From: Lachnospiraceae bacterium
Lineage (GTDB): Bacteria; Bacillota; Clostridia; Lachnospirales; Lachnospiraceae
Reading direction: 5' to 3'
DNA length: 64,000 nucleotides
Assembly: GCA_017543485.1 (NCBI GenBank)
Contig: JAFYFY010000227.1
Span: forward strand, 3,480-67,479
Under the pieces are notes generated by a model that was not told the origin of the DNA, ran no database searches, and was given only the letters and a program-made list of their open reading frames with translations. A program made the position numbers and the translations under genes. Shown one piece after another: positions 36,583 through 47,150 of the stretch. Every line of letters starts with the position of its first letter. Position 1 is the first letter of the stretch.

Positions 36583-39555
36583 CTATCTTTCCAGGATCTT
36601 TCTCACCTGCTCCACGGAGGGAGTCAGGTAGGTCCTCAGCACGTTGCCGTCGCTGTCGATGTATCCGAACTCTTCCAGCTTTCTCTCGGTTTCGCGCTTG
36701 ACGGTCTTGACCGCTTCATCGATGCGGGACCGGATGGTCTCGCCGTTCACCACGATGTCATTGTAGGTGTTGCTGGTCTCCCGCTCCATCATGTAGCTTC
36801 CCAGAAGTCTGGGGGCCTCTAAGATGTGCTTTGCCTGCTCGATGATGATGTCCTTGTCATCCGTGGGGTAGGGCAGCTGGCGGAAGGCTTCCAGGTTTGC
36901 GGTGGGCCAGATGTATTCGTCTCCGTAGAGGATCTGGAGTCTCTGTCCGAACTCGGCCTGGGTCTGTGCCTGGGACCACCAGTCCATGAAGTCCCATGCC
37001 CGCTGTTCCCGCTGGGGATCCGAGTGGAACATCACGGTGCTCTCCGCACCGCCGGACATGTACCGCAGGATCTCTCCCGTTTCCGGATCCTCGATACCGG
37101 GTACCGCTGCGATATCCCAGGAGTTTGCGATCTCGGGAGCCGCGTTGAGGATCAGGTTGTAGGAGTTAAAGTCCGCGATGCCCAGGGGCAGGTCCCCGTT
37201 CCGGAAGTGCTGGTAGAAGTTGGGCACGTCCACCGGCAGATCGTAGAGGGTAAAGAGTTCCGTCAGCTGGGTGAAGCCCTCCACGGTTTCTTCGCTGTCC
37301 AGAAGAATGTCCAGCGCGGTCTCCCCGTAGAGGCGTCCGCCGTTCTGGAAGATCAGAGGCGTGGTGCCGTGGAAGTTTCTCATGCCCAGCATGGGCGCCG
37401 TGGGATAGTACACATTCAGGCCTCTCATCTGCAGATCCGGCAGCATCCCGATGAGCTCCGCCATGGTATCCGGCGGGGTGAGTCCCAGCTTTTCCAAGAT
37501 GTCGGTCCGGTAGAAGAGGACGTAGAAGTTCATGGTCTCCGGCAGGGAGTAGAGTCCCTCTCCCACCACGGAAGGAACCAGAAGTCCGTCGCTGTAACGG
37601 CCGAAGACTTCTTTGTAATTGTCAAACTGCGTCAGGTCCACCAGGGCTCCGCGGATCGCCAGATCAAAGGGAATGGAGTAGTTGATGCCGGTGGCGATGT
37701 CCGGGGTGTCCCCGGATGCGTTGGAGAGGATGAGCTTCTGCGCATCCGTCATCAGGGCCAGGTCCACTTCGATCCCGGTCTGGGGCGTGAACTGCTCATC
37801 GATCATCTTCTGCATGATCTCCACGTACTGTCTCGGGCGGTTCACCCAGACCTGGACATGATCCTCGTTCAGGTTGCTGGCGGAATAGGACTGTCCGAAG
37901 AAGGAGTATTTAAAGCGCTGCAGGCTCATCTCCAGTCCGGCGAAAAATCCCAGTCCCTTGGGGAGCTTTGCTCCCTTCTGATACAGGTAGATCCGGTCGA
38001 TGGACAAGTGGTTGTCTCCGATGAGATCCACAAAGTTCGCGATCTGGGTATTGATGGAGTTCACACTGGTGGAAAGCTCGTCCACCCGGTACACCAGCTC
38101 GTCCGGCTCCTCCGCCAGACTCTCTAACTGGTCCGCTGCGATGAGAAGGTAGGAGAAGGCTGCCACGTCCTCGCCGCTCTTTTCCCCCACCAGAAGGGCT
38201 GCCCGGTCCGCCAGGCCCCGAAGCTCCTCCACCCAGCCGTAGAGGCGATCCTCCAGGTCGGGGATGTATCTGGTAAGCTTCAGGTCGCGGTACTTGTCCT
38301 TGTTGGTGCCCGCTACCTTGGTGACCTCCAGGGACAGATCCGAGATGCCGCTCATGATGACATCCACCTGCTCCAGTGCGAAGCGGATCTCGTCCTGGAC
38401 GATGGTAAAGGAGATGGTGTGGGTTCCGGCCTCCAGATAAACGCTCAGGAGGTTTCCGTTTTCATCGGTAAAGCTCCTGGTGGAAAAGTCCGTGGACGCC
38501 TGCACCGGGTAGCTCTGAAACGCCGTGTTCGGGATCTCTCCGTCGATGCGGATGTCGGTGTACACCGGGAAGTCGTTTTTTTCCGACTGGCGGTAGTTCA
38601 TGGCCAGGCAGTAGTTTCCGGGCTCCTGCACGGTGAAGCTGTAGGTGACCCTCTGTCCCGCTTCGCTGAAGGAGTCCTCATCGATGATGTTCAGGACCTT
38701 CTCTCTGGCGGAAAGGGGCGAGAGGGAATTGTCATACTCTCCCACCGCGTGGATGGAGGAGTCGTTGCGCTCCGCAAAATCCTCGGCTTCGATCTCGATG
38801 AGGGCGGATCCGGTGCTCTCCGCGGATCCCGCGTAGGCTGCCACCGTCTTCGGGGCGCACAGAGTCAGGTTTCCCAGAAGAAGGCTTCCCTCCTTCACCG
38901 CGATCCGGAAGGTGTGAGATCCGGCTTCCAGCTGAAGCTTTAAGGGCTCCGAATAGCGGTATCCGGCATCTCCCAGATACTTGCTCTCCCAGCGGATCAG
39001 CTTGTCGGGGAGGGAGACGATCTCATTGCCGTAGCGGTCCACATCCGTCTCTCCGTCGGAGACCCAGGTAGTCTCCATGTTCATGCTCCGGGCCTCATAG
39101 AAGGGGTACTCCCCGTCCACGGTGAGGCTCAGTTCGATGGGCAGGATGGAGGCGTCATAGGAAAGGTAATCGAAATTCACCCAGTACAGGGCTGTCTGGG
39201 GTACCGTCACATCCAGGGCGATCTCATCGCCGTGGGTGAGAGCAGCTGCCATGCCCCCCGCATAGTCCCGGGAATCGACGGTCAGGTACTCCGCGCCTTC
39301 CGTGATGCAGTCCGCGACGGATACCGTCACATCCGCTCCGGCATAATCGGAGGCTGTATAGGAGGCGGAGGTGTTCGTATAATTCGTGCGGATCCGCTCG
39401 GAGACCAGGCTGGTGTCGGAGCTGCCGGCTGTCCCTGCGGATGCGCTCTGGGCCTTTGCACTTGCGGTATCCGCCATGCCGCTCTGGGCGATGAGGGTCA
39501 GGCAGAGGGCTGCAGCCAGCATCTTATGCAGTTTTCTGTGCGTGTTTCGAATCAT
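36583..39555 (-). CDS. Large extracellular solute-binding protein with N-terminal CBM-like domains
   Basis: Two jelly-roll-like segments (IEAED; YLEAGTHTI) followed by an SBP fold (FTPQTGIEV, PDIA, YSLPET, AWDFMDWW). Confidence 0.82.
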   Translation of the reverse strand: MIRNTHRKLHKMLAAALCLTLIAQSGMADTASAKAQSASAGTAGSSDTSLVSERIRTNYTNTSASYTASDYAGADVTVSVADCITEGAEYLTVDSRDYAGGMAAALTHGDEIALDVTVPQTALYWVNFDYLSYDASILPIELSLTVDGEYPFYEARSMNMETTWVSDGETDVDRYGNEIVSLPDKLIRWESKYLGDAGYRYSEPLKLQLEAGSHTFRIAVKEGSLLLGNLTLCAPKTVAAYAGSAESTGSALIEIEAEDFAERNDSSIHAVGEYDNSLSPLSAREKVLNIIDEDSFSEAGQRVTYSFTVQEPGNYCLAMNYRQSEKNDFPVYTDIRIDGEIPNTAFQSYPVQASTDFSTRSFTDENGNLLSVYLEAGTHTISFTIVQDEIRFALEQVDVIMSGISDLSLEVTKVAGTNKDKYRDLKLTRYIPDLEDRLYGWVEELRGLADRAALLVGEKSGEDVAAFSYLLIAADQLESLAEEPDELVYRVDELSTSVNSINTQIANFVDLIGDNHLSIDRIYLYQKGAKLPKGLGFFAGLEMSLQRFKYSFFGQSYSASNLNEDHVQVWVNRPRQYVEIMQKMIDEQFTPQTGIEVDLALMTDAQKLILSNASGDTPDIATGINYSIPFDLAIRGALVDLTQFDNYKEVFGRYSDGLLVPSVVGEGLYSLPETMNFYVLFYRTDILEKLGLTPPDTMAELIGMLPDLQMRGLNVYYPTAPMLGMRNFHGTTPLIFQNGGRLYGETALDILLDSEETVEGFTQLTELFTLYDLPVDVPNFYQHFRNGDLPLGIADFNSYNLILNAAPEIANSWDIAAVPGIEDPETGEILRYMSGGAESTVMFHSDPQREQRAWDFMDWWSQAQTQAEFGQRLQILYGDEYIWPTANLEAFRQLPYPTDDKDIIIEQAKHILEAPRLLGSYMMERETSNTYNDIVVNGETIRSRIDEAVKTVKRETERKLEEFGYIDSDGNVLRTYLTPSVEQVRKILER

Positions 39556-39642
39556 ACGTCCTCCTGCCGGCTGTCCGGAAAGGGCTCTGCGCCCTTTCCG
39601 AAGATCTCTTCCGGCTGTTGTTTGTCTGTACTGTGCAGGTCC

Positions 39643-41148
39643 TTACACCGTCACGGTCAGGTGCAGCACGCTGGCTGCGGGGATGGTGAAGGAGACTTTT
39701 CCGCCCTCTGCCTTGGCGCCATCAAAGGATCTGACGGTGACGGTTTCGGGGGCTTCGAAGGTGTTGTGCTGATGGATCTCGCCGCCCACGATCTCGGCCT
39801 CCACGGCTTTCACCTGGCTGTCCGCGATCTGGGTCTCCACCTGGTAATCCGCCTTTGCGGACAGGTTGGTCAGGGTGATGTGGATCCTTCCATCCTTGCC
39901 CAGGGAGACGGACTCGGTGAGGTTCGGAACCTTGTTCCCCTCCTCGATGCCGATCTGCTCGCTCTCCACGAAGCTTTCCAGAAGCTCCGCATCCTGATGC
40001 TTCTGATACATCTTGAACACGTGGTAGGTGGGGGTCTTTACCATCTTTGCGCCGTCGGTGAGGATCACGGCCTGCAGCACGTTGATGAGCTGGGCGATGT
40101 TGGCCATCTTCACCCGGTCGCAGTGCTTGTTCAGGATGTTCAGGGTGATGCCTGCCACCAGTGCGTCACGGACGGTGTTCTGCTGATACAGGAAGCCGGG
40201 ATTGGTGCCGGGCTCCACATCGTACCAGGTGCCCCACTCATCCACGATGAGGCCGATCTTCTTATCCTTGTCGTACTTGTCCATGATGGCCGCATGTCTG
40301 CTCACCAGCTCGTCCATGAAGTAGCACTTCTTCAGGGTGGTGTACCATTCTTCTTCGGTGAAGTCGGTGGCGCTTCCCTTGTGCTCCCAGGTGCCGGGAA
40401 CGGTGTAATAGTGAAGGGAGAGGCCGTCCATGAATCCGTGGAAGTTCTCCGGGGTCCCCTTGAAGCAGGTGCCCATCACCACATCGGTCCAGTTGTAGTC
40501 GGCCGCATTGGCGCCGCAGGCGATCTTGAAAATGGGATGTGCTCCCGAATAGCCTCTGACGTAGGTCTGATATCTGCGGTAGAGATTTCCGTAATACTCC
40601 GGCGTCATGTTACCGCCGCAGCCCCAGTTCTCGTTGCCCACTCCGAAATAATCCACTTCCCAGGGCTTTTCGTGTCCGTTCTTCGCTCTCATGTCCGCCA
40701 TGGGGGAGACGCCATCGAAGGTCATATACTCGACCCACTCGCTCATCTCCTGGACGGTGCCGCTTCCCACATTGCCGTTGACGTAAGTCTTGCATCCCAG
40801 CTGTCTGCACAGTTCCATGAATTCGTGGGTACCGAAGCTGTTGTCCTCTACCACGCCGCCCCAGTGGGTGTTGATCATCTTCTTGCGGCCTTCCTTGGGG
40901 CCGATGCCGTCCTTCCAGTGATACTCATCGGCAAAGCAACCGCCGGGCCAGCGCAGTACCGGGAGTCCCATCTCCTTCAGTGCCTCCACCACATCGGTCC
41001 GCATGCCGTTCACATTGGGGATGTCGGAATCTTCTCCCACATAAAGCCCCTCGTAGATGCATCTGCCCAGATGCTCGGAGAAATTACCCTGCAGCTCCGG
41101 GTTGATGTGTCCCATCCGGTGGTTCGGATTCACAAAAAGCTTAAACAT
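39643..41148 (-). CDS. abfA: GH51 alpha-L-arabinofuranosidase
   Basis: [59 protein letters not shown]. Confidence 0.93.
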   Translation of the reverse strand: MFKLFVNPNHRMGHINPELQGNFSEHLGRCIYEGLYVGEDSDIPNVNGMRTDVVEALKEMGLPVLRWPGGCFADEYHWKDGIGPKEGRKKMINTHWGGVVEDNSFGTHEFMELCRQLGCKTYVNGNVGSGTVQEMSEWVEYMTFDGVSPMADMRAKNGHEKPWEVDYFGVGNENWGCGGNMTPEYYGNLYRRYQTYVRGYSGAHPIFKIACGANAADYNWTDVVMGTCFKGTPENFHGFMDGLSLHYYTVPGTWEHKGSATDFTEEEWYTTLKKCYFMDELVSRHAAIMDKYDKDKKIGLIVDEWGTWYDVEPGTNPGFLYQQNTVRDALVAGITLNILNKHCDRVKMANIAQLINVLQAVILTDGAKMVKTPTYHVFKMYQKHQDAELLESFVESEQIGIEEGNKVPNLTESVSLGKDGRIHITLTNLSAKADYQVETQIADSQVKAVEAEIVGGEIHQHNTFEAPETVTVRSFDGAKAEGGKVSFTIPAASVLHLTVTV

Positions 41149-41210
41149 ATGAGGCTCTCCTTTCGTTTTTGCACTCATTTCCGGCCCTTTTCGGCCGTTA
41201 TTTCTTTTGT

Positions 41211-41461
41211 TTCATTGTTTTGTGAAATGCTTTGTTCACTTCTTGCTGAACTTTTTCACTTTTTGCTGAACTTAAAACGAGAATACACTAACTATCGGCA
41301 TTCTGCAATCCCTTTTTCCGGATTTCATCGCTTCAGAATAGACAAAATAGGGGCTCGTTTTTTGTGCATTTTTTACAAAAACCAGCGAAAACGATTAAGC
41401 ATATTGACAGTTTTGCCACCGTTTTCTATACTTTATCCAGACTGTTTCACTTTTGAATGAA
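41211..41461. promoter_or_regulatory. Divergent promoter region with four TTCA-N8-TGAA operator palindromes
   Basis: Copies at 41211-41226, 41235-41250, 41255-41270 and 41446-41461; TTGACA-N17-TATACT at 41404-41432. Confidence 0.75.
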
Positions 41462-41484
41462 ATAGTCCGGATCGGGGGAGAAAA

Positions 41485-42396
41485 ATGATCCATTATCATT
41501 CCTTAAAAGAAGCAGAAGAGGTCTTCAAGGCTCTCAGCGCGCCGGTGCGGATTGAGATCATGGAGCTCATCAGTCGCAATGACCATATGAGCATGAGCGA
41601 TCTGGCCGAAACCCTGGGGATCACCAACAGCGCCGTCTCCATGCATGTGAGCAAGCTGGAAAATGCCGGCCTCATCAAGATCCAGACCACCACGGGAAAA
41701 CGGGGGATCATGAAATTCGTGCGTCCCTGCCACGACAGACTGGTGGTGGAGATGGCGAGACAGATCCCGGAGGCCAACTGCTATCAGGACGAGATTGACA
41801 TCGGCTGGTACATCGGTGTGGACGCCCATCCCACCTGCGGCATCGCCACGGAGACCAAGATCATCGGGGAATTCGACAATCCCAGTGTCTTTTCCTATCC
41901 GGAGCACATCGGGGCCGGGATCCTTTGGATCGGCTACGGGAGCGTCTCCTACTCCCTGCCCAACAGGCTTCAGGCCGGGCAGCGGCTGCGGGAGCTTCAG
42001 CTCTCCTTTGAGATCTCCTCGGAGTGTCCCGAGTTTAATGAGGATTATCCCAGCGACATCCACCTGTCCATCAACGGCATCTCCATCGGAAAATGGATCA
42101 GCCCCGGGGATTTCGGCGGCCGGATGGGGATCTTCTCCCCGCTCTGGTGGCCGGAGATCCTGAATCAGTACGGGCTTTTGAAGACCATCCGGATCACGGA
42201 CCACGGCACCTTCATGGACGGGGATTTTCTGCTGTCCAATGTGTGCGTGGGGGATCTGGGCATCGATTACAACAGCAATATCGAGCTGACCTTCGCGGTT
42301 CCGAAGGATACGCCCAACTGCGGCGGAATGACTCTTTTCGGAAAAGGCTTTGGGGATTATAATCAGAGTATCCGGGTAAAGGTATATTATGATTAG
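41485..42396 (+). CDS. ArsR-family HTH regulator with C-terminal sensor domain (arabinan-locus type)
   Basis: FKALSAPVRIEIM...HVSKLENAGLI HTH; PTCGIA, SFEISSE, SPGDFG, QYGLLK, GGMTLFGKGFG. Confidence 0.88.
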   Translation: MIHYHSLKEAEEVFKALSAPVRIEIMELISRNDHMSMSDLAETLGITNSAVSMHVSKLENAGLIKIQTTTGKRGIMKFVRPCHDRLVVEMARQIPEANCYQDEIDIGWYIGVDAHPTCGIATETKIIGEFDNPSVFSYPEHIGAGILWIGYGSVSYSLPNRLQAGQRLRELQLSFEISSECPEFNEDYPSDIHLSINGISIGKWISPGDFGGRMGIFSPLWWPEILNQYGLLKTIRITDHGTFMDGDFLLSNVCVGDLGIDYNSNIELTFAVPKDTPNCGGMTLFGKGFGDYNQSIRVKVYYD

Positions 42397-42410
42397 ATCC
42401 GAGGGCTGAT

Positions 42411-43217
42411 ATGAAGGTGGAACACCTGATCTCCTGCGTTTCGAAGGATCCGCGGGAGCTGGCAAAACAGATGAATCTGCAGACGGATGCGGTGATCGTA
42501 AACCAGAAATCTGCATATTCCTATGAAGAGTTTACGGAAAACGGACACCGGGTCCGGGCATTTTCCATGGATGAGCAGGGGGTTGGACTGTCCCGAAACA
42601 CCGCCATGCAGCGCTCCCGGGGAGACATCGTCCTCTTCGGGGACGAGGATATCGTCTACGCAGAGGGCGCCGCAAAGGCGGTAGCCGATGCCTTCGCCGC
42701 CCATCCGGAAGCGGATCTTCTTTTGTTCAATGTGGAGGTATCCGAAGAGCGCAGGACCTACTGGATCACTTCCGAAACGAAAGTCAGGCTCTACAACTGC
42801 GGGCGGTATCCCGCTTATGCGGTGGCCGCCAGACGCGAATCCCTGCAGGAGGCAAATCTGTCCTGGCATCTGTGGTTCGGCGGCGGCGCCCGGTATTCCA
42901 ACGGGGAGGACAGTCTCTTTCTTTCGGATGCGCTGAAAAAGGGACTGAAGATCATAGCCGTGCCGGAGGTGATCGGCCGGGAGATTCCCCGCCCCTCCAC
43001 CTGGTTTACGGGATATAACGAGAAGTTCTTCTACGACAGAGGAGTGCTCTACCGGTATCTGTACGGGGGCCTGGCCCCGGTGATGGCTTGCAGATGGCTT
43101 CTGAAGGGAAAACATACCATGTTCGGCGAGATCTCCTTCGGGAAGGCAAAGGAGCTGATGAAGGAAGGGATCCGCAGAGGCGGAAGAAATGACGAAAAAA
43201 AACAGCGGAGGGCGTGA
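42411..43217 (+). CDS. Glycosyltransferase family 2
   Basis: GVGLSRNTA, FGDED, YSNGEDSLF, STWFTGY. Confidence 0.82.
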   Translation: MKVEHLISCVSKDPRELAKQMNLQTDAVIVNQKSAYSYEEFTENGHRVRAFSMDEQGVGLSRNTAMQRSRGDIVLFGDEDIVYAEGAAKAVADAFAAHPEADLLLFNVEVSEERRTYWITSETKVRLYNCGRYPAYAVAARRESLQEANLSWHLWFGGGARYSNGEDSLFLSDALKKGLKIIAVPEVIGREIPRPSTWFTGYNEKFFYDRGVLYRYLYGGLAPVMACRWLLKGKHTMFGEISFGKAKELMKEGIRRGGRNDEKKQRRA

Positions 43218-43227
43218 TGCCCTCCGT

Positions 43228-44085
43228 TTAACTCCTCTTTCTCCGATATACCGCGCCCACCAGGGCGTTGTAAGCGCCCGAGAGGTGTCTGCTCTCCGCC
43301 AGCTTCTTTCGAAGGGGCTGGAGGGTGAGGATGAGGTATGCTCTGCAGTAGAAGCGCTGGAAGGGAGTCAGGTACATCCCCGTGATCTCCCGATGTTCCT
43401 GCGCACTGCGCTTTCTGTTCTTTTCGCTGTCGGAATATCCGCCCCCCTCATAGCGGGAGATGCACATCCCCAGGTGATGAAACTCCGTCTGCGTGCGAAA
43501 GCGGCACCAGAGAAAGTGCTCATAATCCGCCCGGATCCGGTATTTTGGCTCAAATCCTCTTTGGGAGAAGCAGTCCCTGGAGTACAGAATGCTCTGATGG
43601 CAGGGGATGTTCCGGTAGCAGGTCAGGGGCGTCAGCTTCGGTGAAACATATTCCACCTTCTGTGTGGGGGCCAGGTACCGGTCGCCGTAGTAGATCCGGG
43701 GCGGAACGGGCTTTGCGCTTTCTGTTGCCCCGCCCTTCTTCCGCCTTTCTCCTTCGATCCCGTCGATGCGCCGGGATACTTCCTCCAGCACCCCTTCGTC
43801 ATAAAACAGATCCCCGCAGTTCATGAAGATCAGAAACTCTCCCTGCGCCAGCGCAGCGGCCCGGTTCATGGCGTCATAAATGCCCTTGTCCCCTTCCGAT
43901 ATCACCCGCACAAGGACATCTGCCCCCTCCGTCAGGGGACGGACCGCTTCCAACGAGCCGTCGGTGCTGCCCCCGTCCTTGATGATGACCTCCAGATCCC
44001 TGCAGGTCTGGGCCAGCACATTTTCCAGGGTGGTCTTTAATTTTTCGCCTGCATTGAAGCAGACCATGAGAACCGAGAATCTCAA
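43228..44085 (-). CDS. Glycosyltransferase family 2
   Basis: [31 protein letters not shown]; start overlaps the uvrA stop. Confidence 0.87.
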   Translation of the reverse strand: MRFSVLMVCFNAGEKLKTTLENVLAQTCRDLEVIIKDGGSTDGSLEAVRPLTEGADVLVRVISEGDKGIYDAMNRAAALAQGEFLIFMNCGDLFYDEGVLEEVSRRIDGIEGERRKKGGATESAKPVPPRIYYGDRYLAPTQKVEYVSPKLTPLTCYRNIPCHQSILYSRDCFSQRGFEPKYRIRADYEHFLWCRFRTQTEFHHLGMCISRYEGGGYSDSEKNRKRSAQEHREITGMYLTPFQRFYCRAYLILTLQPLRKKLAESRHLSGAYNALVGAVYRRKRS

Positions 44086-47000
44086 TCCTCTTTCCCCTTC
44101 CTGCCTGCGGCTTTCCCGGCACCGGGCGCCTTCCCGTCAGCAGCTTTTTTCTTTGTCCCGGTCTCTTTCTTTGTGCCGGTCTCTTTCTTTGCGCCGGTCT
44201 TTTTCCTGGTGCGTCCTGCGGATTCAGAGCTTCCCTGTGCCTCGACATCTGCAGCCCCGCCGCAGATCCGCCGGTTCTTTTCCAGCATCTTCTTCACATA
44301 GATCCCGGTGTAGGAGCCGGGAGCCTCCGCGATCTCCTCCGGCGTCCCCTGTGCGATGACGGTGCCGCCTCTGTCGCCGCCCTCGGGTCCCATGTCGATG
44401 ATATAGTCCGCACACTTGATGACATCCAGATTGTGCTCGATGACCACCACCGTATTGCCGCCGTCCGCCAGCCGGTGGAGGATCTCCGTCAGCTTGTGGA
44501 CATCCGCGAAATGCAGTCCCGTGGTGGGCTCGTCCAGGATGTAGATGGTCCGGCCGGTGCTGCGTCTGGAGAGCTCCGTAGCCAGCTTCACCCGCTGGGC
44601 CTCGCCTCCGGAGAGCGCCGTGGAGGGCTGCCCCAGCTTGATGTATCCCAGTCCCACATCATAGAGGGTCTGGATCTTGTTGCGGATGGAGGGCGTGTTC
44701 TCAAAGAAGGTCAGGGCCTCCTCCACACGCATGTCCAGCACGTCGAAGATACTCTTTCCCTTATACTTCACATCCAGGGTCTCCCGGTTGTAGCGCTTTC
44801 CGCCGCAGACCTCGCAGGGCACGTACACATCCGGCAGGAAGTGCATCTCGATCTTGATGATGCCGTCTCCGCTGCAGGCTTCGCAGCGTCCACCCTTCAC
44901 ATTGAAAGAAAAGCGCCCCTTGCTGTATCCTCTGGCCCGGGCGTCCTGGGTGGAGGCGAAAAGGTCCCGGATCATGTCAAAGACCCCGGTGTAGGTGGCG
45001 GGGTTGGACCGGGGGGTGCGGCCGATGGGGCTCTGGTCGATGCAGATCACCTTGTCCAGCTTCTCCATGCCGGTGATGCCGTCGTGCTTGCCCGGGATCA
45101 GTCTCGCCCGGTTTAACTTCCGCGCCAGCTGCTTGTAGAGGATCTCGTTCACCAGACTGGATTTTCCGGATCCCGACACCCCTGTCACACAGGTAAAGAC
45201 CCCCAGAGGGAATTTCACATCGATGTTTTTCAGATTGTTCTCCCGGGCCCCCTTTACGGTGAGGTACCCGGTGGGCGTCCTGCGCTTTGCGGGGACAGGG
45301 ATGTACTCCCGGCCGCTTAAATACGCTCCCGTGACGGACTCCGGGCAGGCCATGATCTCCTCCGCGGTTCCCGCGGCGATGACCTCTCCTCCGTGGGATC
45401 CGGCGCCGGGACCGATGTCCACGATATAATCCGCCGCCAGCATGGTATCTTCGTCATGCTCCACCACGATGAGGGTATTGCCCAGATCCCGGAGGTGTTT
45501 CAGAGTCCCCAGAAGCTTGTCGTTGTCCCGCTGGTGCAGGCCGATGCTGGGCTCATCCAGGATGTAGCACACCCCCACCAGGCCGGATCCGATCTGGGTC
45601 GCCAGACGGATGCGCTGGGCCTCGCCCCCGGAGAGGGTGGCGGTGGCCCGGGCCAGGGACAGGTAGTCCAGACCCACATCCACCAGGAAGCCCACCCGGG
45701 CCCGGATCTCCTTCAGGATCTGCTCCCCGATGAGCTGCTGCTGTCTGCTGAGCTGCAGCCCCTTCAGAAATTCCTGCAGTTCCAGGATGGACAGGGTGGT
45801 GGTCTCATAGATGTTCCGGTCTCCCACCGTCACGGCCAGGGACTCCTTCTTTAACCGCTTCCCGCCGCACTCCGGGCAGGGCGTGATGCGCATGAAGGAC
45901 TCGTACTCCGCCTTCATGCTCTCGGAGAAGGTCTCCCGGTAGCGGCGCTCCACGTTTTTCACCAGGCCCTCGAAGGCCATGGGATAGACGCCGCTTCCCC
46001 GCTGTCCGGTGTAGTGGACCTCGATCTGTTCCCCGTCGGTGCCCTCGATGAGGATGTGCCGGATCCGCTCCGGGTACTTCTCAAAGGGGGTATCCAGGCT
46101 GAATTTGTACTGCTTGCACAGAGCCTGGAGCATGGCATTGGTAAAGCTCCCCGGCTCGTTGCAGGACTGCCATCCCATGACGGTGATGGCCCCTTCGTTG
46201 ATGGACAGGCTCTGGTCCGGGATCATAAGATCCACGTCAAACTCCATCCGGTATCCCAGACCGGCACACACCGGGCAGGCACCGAAGGGATTGTTGAAGG
46301 AAAAGCTGCGGGGCTCCACCTCCGGAATGCTGATACCGCAGTCCGGGCAGGCATAGCTGGTGCTGAAGGAGAGCATCTCGCTGCCGATGACATCCACAAA
46401 GAGCAGCCCCTCCGTCAGGGACAGGGCATTCTCCACGGAATCCGTCAGCCTTTTTTCGATCCCGGCCTTCATCACCAGGCGGTCAATGACGATGTCGATG
46501 TTGTGCTTGTTGTTCTTTTCCAGACTGATCTCCTCGGAGAGATCATAGAGGATACCGTCGATGCGCACCCGGCCGTATCCGCTCCTTCTGGCCCGGTCGA
46601 TGATCTTCTCGTGGGTGCCTTTGCGGCCCCGTACCACAGGGGCCAGGATCTGAAGCTTCGCTCCCTCCGGCAGCTCCATGATCCGGTCCACCATCTGGTC
46701 CACACTCTGGCGCTCAATGGCTCTGCCGCACTCCGGGCAGTGGGGGATCCCGATCCTGGCATAGAGCAGGCGGAAGTAGTCGTAAATCTCCGTCACGGTC
46801 CCCACGGTGGAGCGAGGATTCCGGTTGGTGGATTTCTGGTCGATGGAGATAGCGGGGGAGAGCCCCTCGATGGATTCCACGTTGGGCTTTTCCATCTGCC
46901 CCAGGAACTGTCTCGCATAGGAGGAGAGGGATTCCATGTAGCGGCGCTGCCCCTCGGCATAGATGGTATCAAAGGCGAGGGAGGATTTTCCGGATCCCGA

Positions 47001-47117
47001 CACGCCTGTCATAACCACCAGACTGTCCCGGGGGATGGACACGTTCAGGTCCTTTAAGTTGTTCTCTCTCGCCCCTCTGACGATGATCTGGTTTTTGGGT
47101 AGGATTTTTGCGGGCAT
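44082..47117 (-). CDS. uvrA: Excinuclease ABC subunit A
   Basis: GARENNLK, two GSGKSS Walker A motifs, two LSGGEAQR signatures, zinc fingers. Confidence 0.97.
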   Translation of the reverse strand: MPAKILPKNQIIVRGARENNLKDLNVSIPRDSLVVMTGVSGSGKSSLAFDTIYAEGQRRYMESLSSYARQFLGQMEKPNVESIEGLSPAISIDQKSTNRNPRSTVGTVTEIYDYFRLLYARIGIPHCPECGRAIERQSVDQMVDRIMELPEGAKLQILAPVVRGRKGTHEKIIDRARRSGYGRVRIDGILYDLSEEISLEKNNKHNIDIVIDRLVMKAGIEKRLTDSVENALSLTEGLLFVDVIGSEMLSFSTSYACPDCGISIPEVEPRSFSFNNPFGACPVCAGLGYRMEFDVDLMIPDQSLSINEGAITVMGWQSCNEPGSFTNAMLQALCKQYKFSLDTPFEKYPERIRHILIEGTDGEQIEVHYTGQRGSGVYPMAFEGLVKNVERRYRETFSESMKAEYESFMRITPCPECGGKRLKKESLAVTVGDRNIYETTTLSILELQEFLKGLQLSRQQQLIGEQILKEIRARVGFLVDVGLDYLSLARATATLSGGEAQRIRLATQIGSGLVGVCYILDEPSIGLHQRDNDKLLGTLKHLRDLGNTLIVVEHDEDTMLAADYIVDIGPGAGSHGGEVIAAGTAEEIMACPESVTGAYLSGREYIPVPAKRRTPTGYLTVKGARENNLKNIDVKFPLGVFTCVTGVSGSGKSSLVNEILYKQLARKLNRARLIPGKHDGITGMEKLDKVICIDQSPIGRTPRSNPATYTGVFDMIRDLFASTQDARARGYSKGRFSFNVKGGRCEACSGDGIIKIEMHFLPDVYVPCEVCGGKRYNRETLDVKYKGKSIFDVLDMRVEEALTFFENTPSIRNKIQTLYDVGLGYIKLGQPSTALSGGEAQRVKLATELSRRSTGRTIYILDEPTTGLHFADVHKLTEILHRLADGGNTVVVIEHNLDVIKCADYIIDMGPEGGDRGGTVIAQGTPEEIAEAPGSYTGIYVKKMLEKNRRICGGAADVEAQGSSESAGRTRKKTGAKKETGTKKETGTKKKAADGKAPGAGKAAGRKGKED

Positions 47118-47150
47118 AAAACGGTCTTTCCTTTCTGAATCTTGGGTCTT

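Noticed and set aside
39232-41460. 742-aa plus-strand ORF
   Set aside because: Antisense to abfA and the SBP gene; no recognisable domain.
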